Under the pieces are notes generated by a model that had not been told where the DNA came from, did no database searches, and was given only the letters and a program-made list of their open reading frames with translations. Source: a virus. From it: DNA of 64,000 nucleotides. The stretch is taken from IMG/VR virus record IMGVR_UViG_3300045988_179183; one strand, written 5' to 3'. The number at the start of each line of letters is the position of its first letter. Position 1 is the first letter of the stretch. Below are positions 1 through 9,935 of this stretch, in pieces. Position numbers and translations under genes: made by a program.

Positions 1-233
1 GATTCATTTTGGCCCCTTCTAATTAAATCGATGTCTCGGACATTCTTTCTAGAAGTATAATCGAGCCAACATTTCTCTATCGCGGATTGAATCGCAGTCT
101 TCCCACTTCCATTACTCTCCTGACCCTCATCGGATCTATTCTCACCAACCAGAAGCACCGGTCCTTCCTCGAAATCATACTCAAGTTCCTTGAACGAAAG
201 AAAATTCGTTAACTTTAATTTTATCGGTTGCAT
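1..233 (-). CDS. Rad50/SbcC-like (T4 gp46-like) recombination ATPase, N-terminal fragment; the gene runs off the window start
   Basis: ATG at 233 on the minus strand. My translation is MQPIKLKLTNFLSFKELEYDFEEGPVLLVGENRSDEGQESNGSGKTAIQSAIEKCW. This shows the typical Rad50/SbcC N-terminus plus a Walker A (GSGKT). It sits directly downstream of recA and near the sbcD-like gene. Confidence 0.7.
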   Translation of the reverse strand, partial: MQPIKLKLTNFLSFKELEYDFEEGPVLLVGENRSDEGQESNGSGKTAIQSAIEKCWLDYTSRKNVRDIDLIRRGQNE

Positions 234-234
234 G

Positions 235-2235
235 TTAATCCAATTTTATCTGTTTACGTATTTCCTCCAATAATTCCGGGTTGTCGGATAGTACTGTTTT
301 AACATTCACCTCTCCTTGACCCAGACTCGTTCCATTATAGGAGAACCAACTTCCGTTCTTCTTGATGATACCCTGCTCGATCGATAAATCTAATATTTCT
401 TGCATGATATCGATCCCCTTACCGAAAGCGATTGAAATCTCCGCCTGCTTAAACGGGGGTGCTATTTTGTTTTTTTTAACGGTGACCTTGCTCCGAATAG
501 CGGTGACATCGTCACCCTCTTTTTTATTACCCATCCTGCAAATCTCGATACGCTGGGATGCGTAAAATTTCATCGCGTTTCCTCCGGGTGTTGTGTTCGC
601 CGCACCCATAAATCCGATATTACTTCGGTATTGATTTATGAATATAACCAACGTCTTATTCTTCTTTGCCTTCTGCGCTATAAGGGGTAACTCCGCGCTC
701 ATCAACCGAGCGACTAATGCGATCACGGCATCACCGACCTCACCATCTATCCTCGCCTTGGGTACTAACGCGGCGATGGAGTCAAGGATAATTATACCAA
801 TATCCGGGCAATCCAACATCCTCCTCATGATGGAAAGGGCCATCTCTGCCGAATCTGCCTGACTTAACACAAACTTTTCCGGGCTCAAATCAACCCCGAG
901 TGCCCTCATATAATCAGGATCCATTGCTTGCTCGGTATCGATATAACCCGCCGAGCGACCCATATCCTGTACTTCCCTGCACGCGTGAATGGCGAGGGAA
1001 GTATTATGTGTTATAACATGATCCTCAAGCAAATATGAATGATCGGGTGAATCTATGCTAATACAAGTACATTCGCCTGCATCAACCTCATCTATTGCGA
1101 CAACCTTTCTATGACACCCCCTTCCTGTGAGAAGAGCGGCTTTACTATGCTTTCTTTTGCAACTAAATGGATTGAACGTCACCCTCAACGAAATAGAGTA
1201 ATAGGAAAAACCTTTCGTGTTATGACATAATTTAACCGGGGACGTATATCCACCTAAACTTTGAACAAGATAAATGATATCGTTTATAAGTTGAAGTGAT
1301 GCGCTTGTATATGATACAACACTTGCCGAAACGCAACCATCCGTATCCATTAATCCCGCCAACAGATCCCTTCTTTGCGAAATAGAACCGTTGAGATAGT
1401 TTTTTGGTATAAACTTATCGGACGAAGGAACTCGAATACCTAATCGATCAAGTTCAGAAATATATTCATTTTCACGACTATAAATATCCTTTACAATTCG
1501 ATATTGAGAACAATTTTTCTGATTTCTACAAACAGTTATCCTGTAACCATCATTTAATTCTAATTTAACTCGATCGATAATATCGGAATCAGTGTTTCCT
1601 ATCGCCATAGTGGGATAACAATGGAGGCATCCATCGCCAAGAAGAACCCCCAAAATATAAGGAGAGATAAAACAATCAATAGGTTCTCTCTCTAAAGGTT
1701 TGCATAAAGGAATCTCCCATCTATAATTAGGCTTTGTTATGCCCCTCCTATAATCACTCGGAACGCGATTTCTTAAAACGCCTTTTTCTATCATTGATTT
1801 AAGCGTTCTGGGTGCATATTTTCGAATATGAGGGTTACCCATATCTTTTGCGAACCAAATATGGTCCTCCGAGCATATTTTTTCAACACCATCAATAAAC
1901 CGAACCTTATATAATCGTTTTATTCCTTGAGGATAAACACCGGTTACAGGATAAAGGTTTCCATCCGACGCGTAAACCTTATCCCCTATTCTTAAACTCT
2001 CAATAGGCGTGAGACCTTGTTCCGTAAATATCTTTGTACCATTCTTTAGGGCTTTGCCACTCGATTCATGTCCGAATATCTCAACCAGCCTACCCAGTCC
2101 GTAACCACCACCTAGCGCTCTATCTAGAATCAACGAACCCGATGGCACTCTCTCAACATCTATGTAACTACCACATATTGCTTCCTTGCCGAACTCTTTC
2201 TCAATTCCGGCAATCATACTTTTTAAATCCATCAC
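235..2235 (-). CDS. recA: RecA/UvsX-family recombinase interrupted by an intein (666-aa precursor, 316-aa mature)
   Basis: The N-extein ends FGHESSGK and the C-extein starts TSLAIHA, which rebuilds the RecA P-loop GxESSGKT. The C-extein carries RecA core motifs (IIILDSIAALVP, NQYR..IG, TPGGNAMKFYAS). Confidence 0.9.
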   Translation of the reverse strand: MMDLKSMIAGIEKEFGKEAICGSYIDVERVPSGSLILDRALGGGYGLGRLVEIFGHESSGKALKNGTKIFTEQGLTPIESLRIGDKVYASDGNLYPVTGVYPQGIKRLYKVRFIDGVEKICSEDHIWFAKDMGNPHIRKYAPRTLKSMIEKGVLRNRVPSDYRRGITKPNYRWEIPLCKPLEREPIDCFISPYILGVLLGDGCLHCYPTMAIGNTDSDIIDRVKLELNDGYRITVCRNQKNCSQYRIVKDIYSRENEYISELDRLGIRVPSSDKFIPKNYLNGSISQRRDLLAGLMDTDGCVSASVVSYTSASLQLINDIIYLVQSLGGYTSPVKLCHNTKGFSYYSISLRVTFNPFSCKRKHSKAALLTGRGCHRKVVAIDEVDAGECTCISIDSPDHSYLLEDHVITHNTSLAIHACREVQDMGRSAGYIDTEQAMDPDYMRALGVDLSPEKFVLSQADSAEMALSIMRRMLDCPDIGIIILDSIAALVPKARIDGEVGDAVIALVARLMSAELPLIAQKAKKNKTLVIFINQYRSNIGFMGAANTTPGGNAMKFYASQRIEICRMGNKKEGDDVTAIRSKVTVKKNKIAPPFKQAEISIAFGKGIDIMQEILDLSIEQGIIKKNGSWFSYNGTSLGQGEVNVKTVLSDNPELLEEIRKQIKLD
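1003..2052 (-). mobile_element. Intein in the RecA P-loop (350 aa) with a LAGLIDADG homing-endonuclease domain; starts with Ala and has class-3-like features
   Basis: Codon-checked boundaries: GK|ALKNGTKIFTEQG at the start and EDHVITHN|T at the end. Block B reads SEDHIW. LAGLIDADG motifs are ILGVLLGDGCL and LLAGLMDTDGCV. The C-terminal region reads CTCISIDSPDHSYLL..VITHN. Confidence 0.85.
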
Positions 2236-3290
2236 TCAACGTATTTTTTCAGGAAATTATATCCCGCGTTAAAATCATATTTTTTCTCGTCACAGAATTT
2301 TTTAAACACATCTTTCATACTTGCCCTCGACACCGGATTATTTTCTTCCCCGTTAACGGGAGCAACATCACACTCTATATCCTTTCTCCGCTTCTTCACA
2401 ACAATACCCTTCTCCGTGAAAATTTCATCAGCAAGTGATTTAAGTTTACTTTCAGATCCGATAAATTCAATTTTCACGTTTGAATTCGATGTGTCTTGCT
2501 CTTCAGCGAGCTTAACTAGCTCTGATTTCGATATGTTATCTAGGTCAACCTTGAATGAACGGTATTCCCTGAATCGTGCCTTCTCAAAAATCACCTCGCC
2601 GTCATCACATAGCAACCAAAAGCCTTTTTCCGGATCCTCGCCGAAATTATTCTGCCTTATCGAAGATAGGTGATATATTCCCTGTGATACTTCTTGAGCG
2701 TTGTGATAGTGGCCGAGATAAACTCTCGTGAAGGTTTCTTTCAATAACTTGGGTGTGATCTTGCTTATGACTTTTGAGCCGTCATTGTTGACACTCCCCG
2801 TTAACGCGGTATGACTCAACAATACCTTGGGTGCCGATGCCGCGATACCGTTCTCGGAGATCTTTCTCCTCAACTTCTCATACCTCTCCAACCATATTTC
2901 AGTGTCATAAAACGGTATAACACCCACCGCTAGATCTTGAATTGATATTAATTCCTCGGTTCTGTGAAGGTGAAATGCCGGGTGATGATAAAACGGATCC
3001 AAAAAACTACTATCACTTTTATAATCAGTCTTATCATGGTTTCCGGGAATACAACTCAGACCCATGTGATTCTCCCTGATCATGTCAAGTATCGCCGTGA
3101 ACGCATTCAAAACTTCCTCTCTCTGTGAAATCCTACTATCGAACACATCTCCCAAACAGAGCAATGTCTTGCAATCATGTTGTTGTGCAAGTTTGATCTG
3201 CTGATCGATAAGATCTTTCACGATAGCTATATTAGATTGTTGTAGATGCCAATCCGTTGAGATGACACCTATGACTCTATCCTTATCCAT
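2232..3290 (-). CDS. sbcD: Mre11/SbcD-like (T4 gp47-like) nuclease, calcineurin-type metallophosphoesterase
   Basis: Phosphoesterase motifs appear in order: ISTDWHL, GDVFDS, GNHD, SHTAL, GHYH. Confidence 0.85.
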   Translation of the reverse strand: MDKDRVIGVISTDWHLQQSNIAIVKDLIDQQIKLAQQHDCKTLLCLGDVFDSRISQREEVLNAFTAILDMIRENHMGLSCIPGNHDKTDYKSDSSFLDPFYHHPAFHLHRTEELISIQDLAVGVIPFYDTEIWLERYEKLRRKISENGIAASAPKVLLSHTALTGSVNNDGSKVISKITPKLLKETFTRVYLGHYHNAQEVSQGIYHLSSIRQNNFGEDPEKGFWLLCDDGEVIFEKARFREYRSFKVDLDNISKSELVKLAEEQDTSNSNVKIEFIGSESKLKSLADEIFTEKGIVVKKRRKDIECDVAPVNGEENNPVSRASMKDVFKKFCDEKKYDFNAGYNFLKKYVE

Positions 3291-3327
3291 ATTTCATATT
3301 GATAAAAGAAAGGGTGTTACCCCTTTC

Positions 3328-4638
3328 TTATTTTTTTCGATTAAGAATGTTTCTTAAAGAAGCTTTCACATCTTTCGGATCGTGAACCTTAACACCTGTA
3401 TCCTCCTGTTTTACCTCTCTTTTTTCGGTTACCGGTGATGCATTGGGCACTTCATCCATGACTCCGGGTTCATCCCCCTCTATTTCATCAAACGGTAATT
3501 CTTCCCCCTCCATCGCGAGTTGATACCACTTAACAAGATCCTCTTTCGATAAATTCGGTAAGGTATACCCTTCGTCGGAATAATTGGATGCTATATACTC
3601 ACGAAGCATTTTTTTCATCTTCAGTGGTGTCACTTCATTCGATTCTTCTTTTTTAAATGCCTGCTCGACCTCATCCTCGGCAACTTGTTTCGGTTCCGGA
3701 ACGATTTCATATAACTTACTTACAAGTTCTTCAAAATCTGGATCACGCAACACGTCGAACTCCGGGTGTTGCGCTTCGAGATTCTTCAACCCCTCTAACG
3801 CAAGATTCAAATCACGAGTTGTGTAGCAGTCAACGTATAATTCTTTCAAGGATGGCTGACCTACCAATCTTTCTAATTCCGAATCGGAGATCTTACATTT
3901 TTCAAAGAAATCTTCCCATGATTGTCCAACCGTGGGTTTTCCCGCCTCAACATCGTAATAAACTCTTTCCTTTCCGTTCTGCGTTTTAGTTCCCTTCACA
4001 ATAATCAACGGGAAACCATCGTCAGGTGATGAGAACATATCCAAGGATACTTTATTGCACTCTTCCGCCAATTCGATTGATTTCTTGTGCAATAAATTGA
4101 ACCAATTTGTTCTCAATTCGAGACGATACAAATCCCTTTTTGCATCCTGCACGTAGCAGACCCAGGTTGATTGAGGAATACACCCAGGTTTCCAATTCTT
4201 TCCCGATCCCCCACCCTGTATCGGAAATAAGAATTTCTTCTTATCATTCTCATCCTGAAAATCTTCCGCTTTTTCAAACACCTTTTGGATGTAGAACTCA
4301 ACGGGATCCTGAAGACCTGATTCCTTAACCGCGTCACAGTGGGTTGTTGCGATGAAAATTTTCTTATTCTTCATCACTTTCCGCCCTGTTTTCTCACCGT
4401 TTTCCCATTCGTCATCTAAAACGGGTAACTGCGTTGTACGCATCGCGACGTACGCCGCCGTTTCCGGGTCTGATGATGGTAGCACGCGGAGCCAATTTCG
4501 TCCGTCGCTGATTGTGTAAAAGGGAGCTCGTCGTCCATCGGTTTGATAAAATGTTTTATTCGTTTCCTTCTGTTTCTGTTCCTCTTTCTGAATAGTCTCA
4601 AAACTTGATGCTTTAAATCTACTTCTGTCAAATGCCAT
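3328..4638 (-). CDS. Probable ssDNA-binding protein, distantly T4 gp32-like
   Basis: GRNWLRVLPSSDPE resembles gp32 GQAVIRFLPSKNDE. STWVCYVQD..LYRLELRTNWFNLL resembles gp32 SYWANILVVKD..FKYRFGKKIWDKI. The C-terminal tail is acidic. It sits inside the recombination gene set. The gp32 zinc ligands are not evident. Confidence 0.5.
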   Translation of the reverse strand: MAFDRSRFKASSFETIQKEEQKQKETNKTFYQTDGRRAPFYTISDGRNWLRVLPSSDPETAAYVAMRTTQLPVLDDEWENGEKTGRKVMKNKKIFIATTHCDAVKESGLQDPVEFYIQKVFEKAEDFQDENDKKKFLFPIQGGGSGKNWKPGCIPQSTWVCYVQDAKRDLYRLELRTNWFNLLHKKSIELAEECNKVSLDMFSSPDDGFPLIIVKGTKTQNGKERVYYDVEAGKPTVGQSWEDFFEKCKISDSELERLVGQPSLKELYVDCYTTRDLNLALEGLKNLEAQHPEFDVLRDPDFEELVSKLYEIVPEPKQVAEDEVEQAFKKEESNEVTPLKMKKMLREYIASNYSDEGYTLPNLSKEDLVKWYQLAMEGEELPFDEIEGDEPGVMDEVPNASPVTEKREVKQEDTGVKVHDPKDVKASLRNILNRKK

Positions 4639-4658
4639 AACTTTACGTTTTAAATTGT

Positions 4659-4934
4659 TTAATTAATCTTTTTACTTAACTCTGATAATCTACTTAAAAA
4701 TTCGTCCTTCAATAAATGATATTTATTTAACAATGAACTTAAATCACTAGCCGTATCAAATGACACTCTCTCAACTGCGAGAGATATCGCCCTTTCTAAA
4801 GTGACACCGTATGCTAAATCTTTCGAATATGATTCCTTGATTTTCTCGCCGCTTCTTATTTCGAACACGTCATATCTACCAAGGGTACCCGGGCAGGGTT
4901 TGATCTCAATATTCTCAATTATTAATGAATCCAT
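4659..4934 (-). CDS. Hypothetical protein (91 aa)
   Basis: ORF packed tightly in the co-directional array; no motif recognised. Confidence 0.5.
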   Translation of the reverse strand: MDSLIIENIEIKPCPGTLGRYDVFEIRSGEKIKESYSKDLAYGVTLERAISLAVERVSFDTASDLSSLLNKYHLLKDEFLSRLSELSKKIN

Positions 4935-4935
4935 G

Positions 4936-5502
4936 CTATAATCCTTTCTTGATTAAAAATGTGTTTACTTTTGCTTCAACTAATTCGGATAAAAATTCCT
5001 CCGGTGATACGGGTCGAACTATCGAACTTAACTTCTTACTTTTATCATTGATCGCCCAGAACCAAGAATCCAAAATATTCAACATTCTCTGATTCTCAAT
5101 CATATCATCCTTCAACGCCTGAAATTCAGTGTCAGTATAGATAGCTTCATCAACTGATTTCTCCGTTAATTTGATATAATCATCACCGAATTTAAACTTT
5201 CCTTGATTTTTATTCGCTTCGATACGGATATCCTTGCGAAAATTCGCCTCGTAAATATCACATTTCAATTTACTCCTATTGTATAGCGCCTCTGCTTCCG
5301 CCTTCCAGATCCCCACCTTGTTCAACAATGCTGAAACGGTCACTATCTCGCCGTACAAATTTCCATGATCGATCCTGCACAAAGCGTCAATATCTATTTC
5401 ATCTTCCGAATCCTCCGATATCAGCACAACAGGCCTATTTCCTATATGAACAACAGTATTCATCTCTTCTTGTTTTCGTTTACGTCGTTTAAAGATACCC
5501 AT
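4936..5502 (-). CDS. Hypothetical protein; possible UvsY-like recombination mediator
   Basis: Weak by-eye resemblance to T4 UvsY (LY..LLNK.. segment and LTEKSVDEAIYTDTEF..LNILDSWFWAI segment). The position between the gp32-like gene and the polymerase fits that role. Confidence 0.3.
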   Translation of the reverse strand: MGIFKRRKRKQEEMNTVVHIGNRPVVLISEDSEDEIDIDALCRIDHGNLYGEIVTVSALLNKVGIWKAEAEALYNRSKLKCDIYEANFRKDIRIEANKNQGKFKFGDDYIKLTEKSVDEAIYTDTEFQALKDDMIENQRMLNILDSWFWAINDKSKKLSSIVRPVSPEEFLSELVEAKVNTFLIKKGL

Positions 5503-5535
5503 TCAAAAATCAAATCACAACAACCAAAATAACCG

Positions 5536-7531
5536 TTACGTTAGTATCAACACCTCCGTGTTTTCATTCGCGTAAATAGCCATTTGTTGATTTCTCTCGT
5601 CCCAGTTTGTTCGACCGTTCATAAACAGGATCGTATCCTTACAGTTTTTCAAAATATTTTCGAACGATTCATATTCATTGGACCAGAAAACAACCGTTCG
5701 AAACTGGTAATTCTGCTCAAGCGTGATGATGGCGTAATCACCCTTTCGTCCAGTTTTTATTGCGATTTCATACACATAACCCCCAGCCGTTAAATTATAA
5801 CTTTTCGTTTCCAAGGGATCGTCCACTATTTCCGAAAAATCTTTGAAAGGATACTCCGAATCACCAACCATCTCCTTGAAATAATCCAAGTATAATTTTG
5901 AGTAATTGAAAAACGCCAAACCACACAATTTCTTCTGCCTCAAATTATGCCACCACTCTAGTTTCACCTTATCGGGATTCAACTCAAACACATCTTTTTC
6001 CTTATCGATTTTTACCTTATTAACGGTTCTGTATCGTTTTATAAGTTTTATCCTGTCTATAACGTTTGATATTGATTCTAGCTTATCGAAAGCACCACAT
6101 GAAATCAAATTTTCTATAACACTTTTATTAACGGCACTTCCTTTCTGTGAATGACGGTCTAAAAATTCATCAAAACCAAAGTAGGGGCCGTTCTCGGATC
6201 TTTCCTTCATGATCTCCGCTTGTGCCTTCTCGCCGACCTGTTTCACTGATGAGATTGACCACACCAAACTTTTATCAGTGAAATCTGTCTTGATCTTATC
6301 CGTCGATTCATTAATATCAGGGGGGGTCACCTTGATATTTCCTATTTCATTTATCTCGTGTAGATAAACGGGGAAATCATCATCATCAGCGTAGGAGAAC
6401 GCAACGGACCAGAAAGCTAACGGATAATTTACTTTTAACCACTGACACGCGTATCCTGTGTTTGCATACGCGACCGCGTGGGATTTATTGAACTGATAAT
6501 CAGCCATATTCTCAATTTCCTTCCATGTCTCTTCCGCGTATTTTTGATCAACACCGAAATTCTCGATATAATTTTTCAAAAATCTTTCCCTGAAGGGTTG
6601 AAGTTTCTCCACGTTCTTCTTACCAATCGCACGGCGTGCGCCATCCGCGTCAACAAGATTAAACCCTCCTAACACTTGGAACATTTTCATTGTCTGCTCC
6701 TGCCATATCATGATATACCGGCTACTTTGAAGTATTTCTCCCGCCCCTTTTCTAAATGATACTTCCCTCTCACCCTTTTTACGAAGGATATACTCGTTAT
6801 GGAAATTTCCCTCCATAACCCCCGGTCGATATAACCCAATACAGTTTACAAGCTCTGTTATGTTATCGGGCTTTAACATCTTACAATATCCGGTTAACCC
6901 TTTCGCGCCAAAATGAAATACATCACCATTCCACCCCCTTTGAAAATACGAGTAAACTTTCGGATCATCAAGAGGTAATTCATAGAGGTTGATTTCTTCA
7001 CCAGTATCATCTTTGATTAATTTCAATATATCACCGAACTTACTTAACTGCAAGATTCCCAGAATATCCTCTTTCAAAAAACCCGCGGTGTCAAGTTCAC
7101 CACCCTCCCACTCACTGATCAACATATCACCCTGCCGGCGAATCGGATTCCAATGATACATATCCTTTTCATCCGGGTAAATCATCATGGCACATGCGTG
7201 AATCGATTTCGCCTTAGGTTGACCCTGTATCAAGCCGACCATCTCGATGATCTCCGGGTTTCTGTTAATGAAATTCGCGACATCTTTTTTCTGACAGGCG
7301 ATTCTGAATAAATCATCAAAATCCTTCACACCATCTATTTTAGAAGTAAATGAGTTTACCTCTGCGACGGGGACACCTTTCAACCTACATAGATCCTTGA
7401 CGGCGGCCTTGACTTGAAGAGTCGTGTAGGTTCCCACGGAGCAAACTTGATCGGCACCGTAACGCTCCTCCATGTATCTTTTAACTTCCGGTCTTCTCGC
7501 CATCTCGAAATCAGTATCGATGTCCCTTAGT
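5536..7531 (-). CDS. dnaE: DNA polymerase III alpha (DnaE-type) replicase, 3' exon; the 5' limit is approximate
   Basis: In frame, upstream of the first ATG (7503) and with no start codon, the sequence reads ..RLRDIDTDFE-MARRPEVKRYMEERYGADQVCSVGTYTTLQVKAAVKDLCRLKG. This aligns with E. coli DnaE [51 protein letters not shown]. Downstream is the finger/beta-binding region (FNKSHAVAYA). Confidence 0.85.
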
Positions 7532-8520
7532 CTGGCAGCGAACCGTGCTTGATTCGCTGCCGCTTTTCTAATTTAATTGATTTAACTATATATTCCATTT
7601 CAAATTTTGTTTTATCTGTTTTACAAATCTAGATTTTTCAATAAAAGACATCACCTTTCTCCTTATATCTGTTTCTCTTAAATACACCTCCGTATATAAA
7701 GGAACCCATTTCCTTTCGAATAGCTTGCCTTTCTGAAGAAAAGTAAGTAATGTATCATGATTACCACTCGGTGATAATGTTTTTTGTGCGTCATAAGCAG
7801 ATAGAAATTTATGTACCTCTAAAGTATAAATATTTATCATCACAATCGGTTTCGCATTCGGATTAAGACTCCCTTTCGCAACACCCCGGTCTTTTCGGAT
7901 TACTGAGATATGATCCTTCATTTCCTGGGACCATTTATTCCCATAATTACCATTTTTCCCACCCACTCGTCTCGGCGGCTTAATACCGCCAATTTTTAAA
8001 TTTAGTGTTCGTCGATCTCTCACCCACTGATGATCAACTACACGTTTTTCCTGAATCAATGCATCATCTACGGTATTAAAATACAACAAATTCACTCTCT
8101 TAAACGCACCAACCCCGTACAATCTCACGCAATTACCTAATGGCATTGGTAAAGGGTCCTTGTAATCTTTTAAACCGGTGGAGTAATCCGTCTTGATTCC
8201 GCCACCAATATAAGAATCTTCCACTGTTTTTGATGAATGAACCCCAACATATACTTTTCCGTTTACCATACAGGTTGTTTTATACAAAATATTATAAAGG
8301 TTATTGTCACCCTTAAACGGATTCTTTTGTCCGTTCGAGCATTTTGCTAATATCTCCTGATCCGACACTAACGATTCTATCTCCATCTTTTAAATCTTGA
8401 GCTTTTACATCTAATTTTTCTCCCGATCTAAAAATACACACTTTATCATCAAAATCCAACTCTATATCTAAATTATTATCGAATGTGATTTTTACAACGT
8501 CCACTTCAACTTGTTGACCG
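7532..8520 (-). mobile_element. Probable group I intron carrying a GIY-YIG homing-endonuclease ORF, interrupting dnaE; boundaries are tentative
   Basis: The DnaE reading frame breaks after FERFLNKGR (R codon at 8523..8525). It resumes at RDIDTDFE (7504..7527), which has no start codon of its own. A perfect 9-bp stem (7534..7542 pairing with 7553..7561) lies just before the resumption point. An HEG ORF lies inside. One frame-preserving junction is ..CGT AT | A CTA AGG.., with U before the 5' splice site and G at the intron end. Confidence 0.55.
7586..8386 (-). CDS. GIY-YIG homing endonuclease (I-TevI/Seg-like)
   Basis: The GIY-YIG module reads NILYKTTCMVNGKVYVGVHS...YIGGG. NUMOD3-like linkers are GKNGNYGNKWSQEMKDHIS and GSLNPNAKPIVM. 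There is a C-terminal DNA-binding-like tail. The ORF lies between the two dnaE halves. Confidence 0.8.
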   Translation of the reverse strand: MEIESLVSDQEILAKCSNGQKNPFKGDNNLYNILYKTTCMVNGKVYVGVHSSKTVEDSYIGGGIKTDYSTGLKDYKDPLPMPLGNCVRLYGVGAFKRVNLLYFNTVDDALIQEKRVVDHQWVRDRRTLNLKIGGIKPPRRVGGKNGNYGNKWSQEMKDHISVIRKDRGVAKGSLNPNAKPIVMINIYTLEVHKFLSAYDAQKTLSPSGNHDTLLTFLQKGKLFERKWVPLYTEVYLRETDIRRKVMSFIEKSRFVKQIKQNLKWNI

Positions 8521-9935
8521 ATACGACCTTTATTCAGAAAACGTTCGAATAGCAAATCGTAATCAAACGGGTTAATGTGCGTCAGACCCAATAAATAGGC
8601 GACGAGGGAGCCACAAGCTGATCCACGGCCGAACCCTACGAGTATACCTTGACGTTTACACCATTGGGTGATATCCCAAAGTATCAAGAAATAATCAACA
8701 ACATCTCCGTATTTAATTACATCTATCTCAGTTTCAAGTCTATCAAGATACTTCTCTTGTTCATCAACATCACTTATCCCCATGCTATTAAACCCATCCG
8801 CGACCAAGGATATAAGCATATCAACTTTTGATCCATCATATTTCTTGAACTCCTCCTCGGTCATTTTATATTTAGGAAGATGACGTTGTGATAGATCGAC
8901 CTTGAAATTACTACACCTTTCAGCGATATCATTTGTGTTCTCGATCGCGAATCCGATGATATCAAGCATAATATCTTGGTCATTATCAGAGAATAACTCC
9001 CTAATCTCCATCAAATATTCTTCGTTACATTTGAAGTATTGATTTTTTGAAAAATCGTTACTTATACCCGCGGATGAATTCAACGCTTTTTTCAGATAGA
9101 AATATTCTTGGTCCAAATAATACGCATCACAGATATTTGTGGGCAACATGGAACTTGAGAAATATTCCTGAAGATTCAAAAGATATACCCTATCTCTTTC
9201 ATTTGAATCAAACTTAACTGAATCAAGTTGATAGTATGTGTTCATCAATTCTTTCGGCACATCTTTAAATTGCAGGCTCTTCGGGTCAATCACGATAATT
9301 AATCCCTCTCTCAATGACAGAAACTTTCCTTCATCGATCCTCACATTATTATCAACGTTAATTTCCTTGTTGATAGAAAGAAGGTTCATCCACCCTGTTT
9401 CATCCACGACGTAAACCTTCACATCGTACAGAAGATCTTTCTTTTGATTGAACACGGTAACGGTTTCACCGATCACCGGTTTCAAACCGTGTTTCTGGCA
9501 TTCCAACTGAAATTTAAGCACACCCGCAAGTGTGTTTTTCTCACAGATACCCAAAATACTCACACCGAAAAAATTCGCTTTTCGACACCAATCTCCATAA
9601 TCTCCGGTTCCGTTCAATAATTCAAACGGACCTCTCACTCCCAGAAATGATTCGGTCGGTAAATCACTATCAACCTTACCGATATATTTCAAGAGTTTCA
9701 ACTTCACTTTCGATTCATTACCCTTTCTCAAAGTGTAATACAGACGGCCGAACTTATAGATGTAATTATTCGCAGTGATGGGTGTTCCTATGTAATTAAA
9801 CCCTCGATCAAACAGAAGTCCGTCGACATTGGGCCCTGATAATTCATATGTATCACCATCCATTGTGATAATACCCAGGTCGGAAATATCATATATAAAT
9901 CCATTGCGATCGAGATACGATAACAGTTCTTTCAT
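8521..9935 (-). CDS. dnaE: DNA polymerase III alpha (DnaE-type) replicase, 5' exon; the ORF reads through into the intron as far as 8313
   Basis: The palm region YFLILWDITQWCKRQGILVGFGRGSACGSLVAYLLGLTHINPFDYDLLFERFLNKGR matches the DnaE consensus. An N-terminal PHP-like region is present but lacks the usual His ligands (FLGVRGPFELLNG where E. coli has HLRVHSDYS). Confidence 0.85.

Noticed and set aside
8313-8522. The tail of the first dnaE ORF (IGQQ...DIELDFDD...CIFRSGEKLDVKAQDLKDGDRIVSV) looked like a second DxD catalytic motif followed by an intein N-terminus
   Set aside because: Spacing from FERFLNKGR is wrong (18 aa versus about 4 aa in DnaE). No downstream DnaE homology follows. The frame ends in a stop and overlaps the GIY-YIG ORF. 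The true continuation (RDIDTDFEMARRPEV..) lies at 7504..7527. I interpret the tail as read-through into intron sequence.
5536-9935. DnaE expressed as two separate polypeptides split by a free-standing homing endonuclease
   Set aside because: The catalytic DIDTDF segment lies upstream of the first ATG of the second half, with no ATG/GTG/TTG in frame after the stop at 7573..7575. It is preceded by a strong RNA hairpin. Splicing explains this better, but it has not been experimentally excluded.
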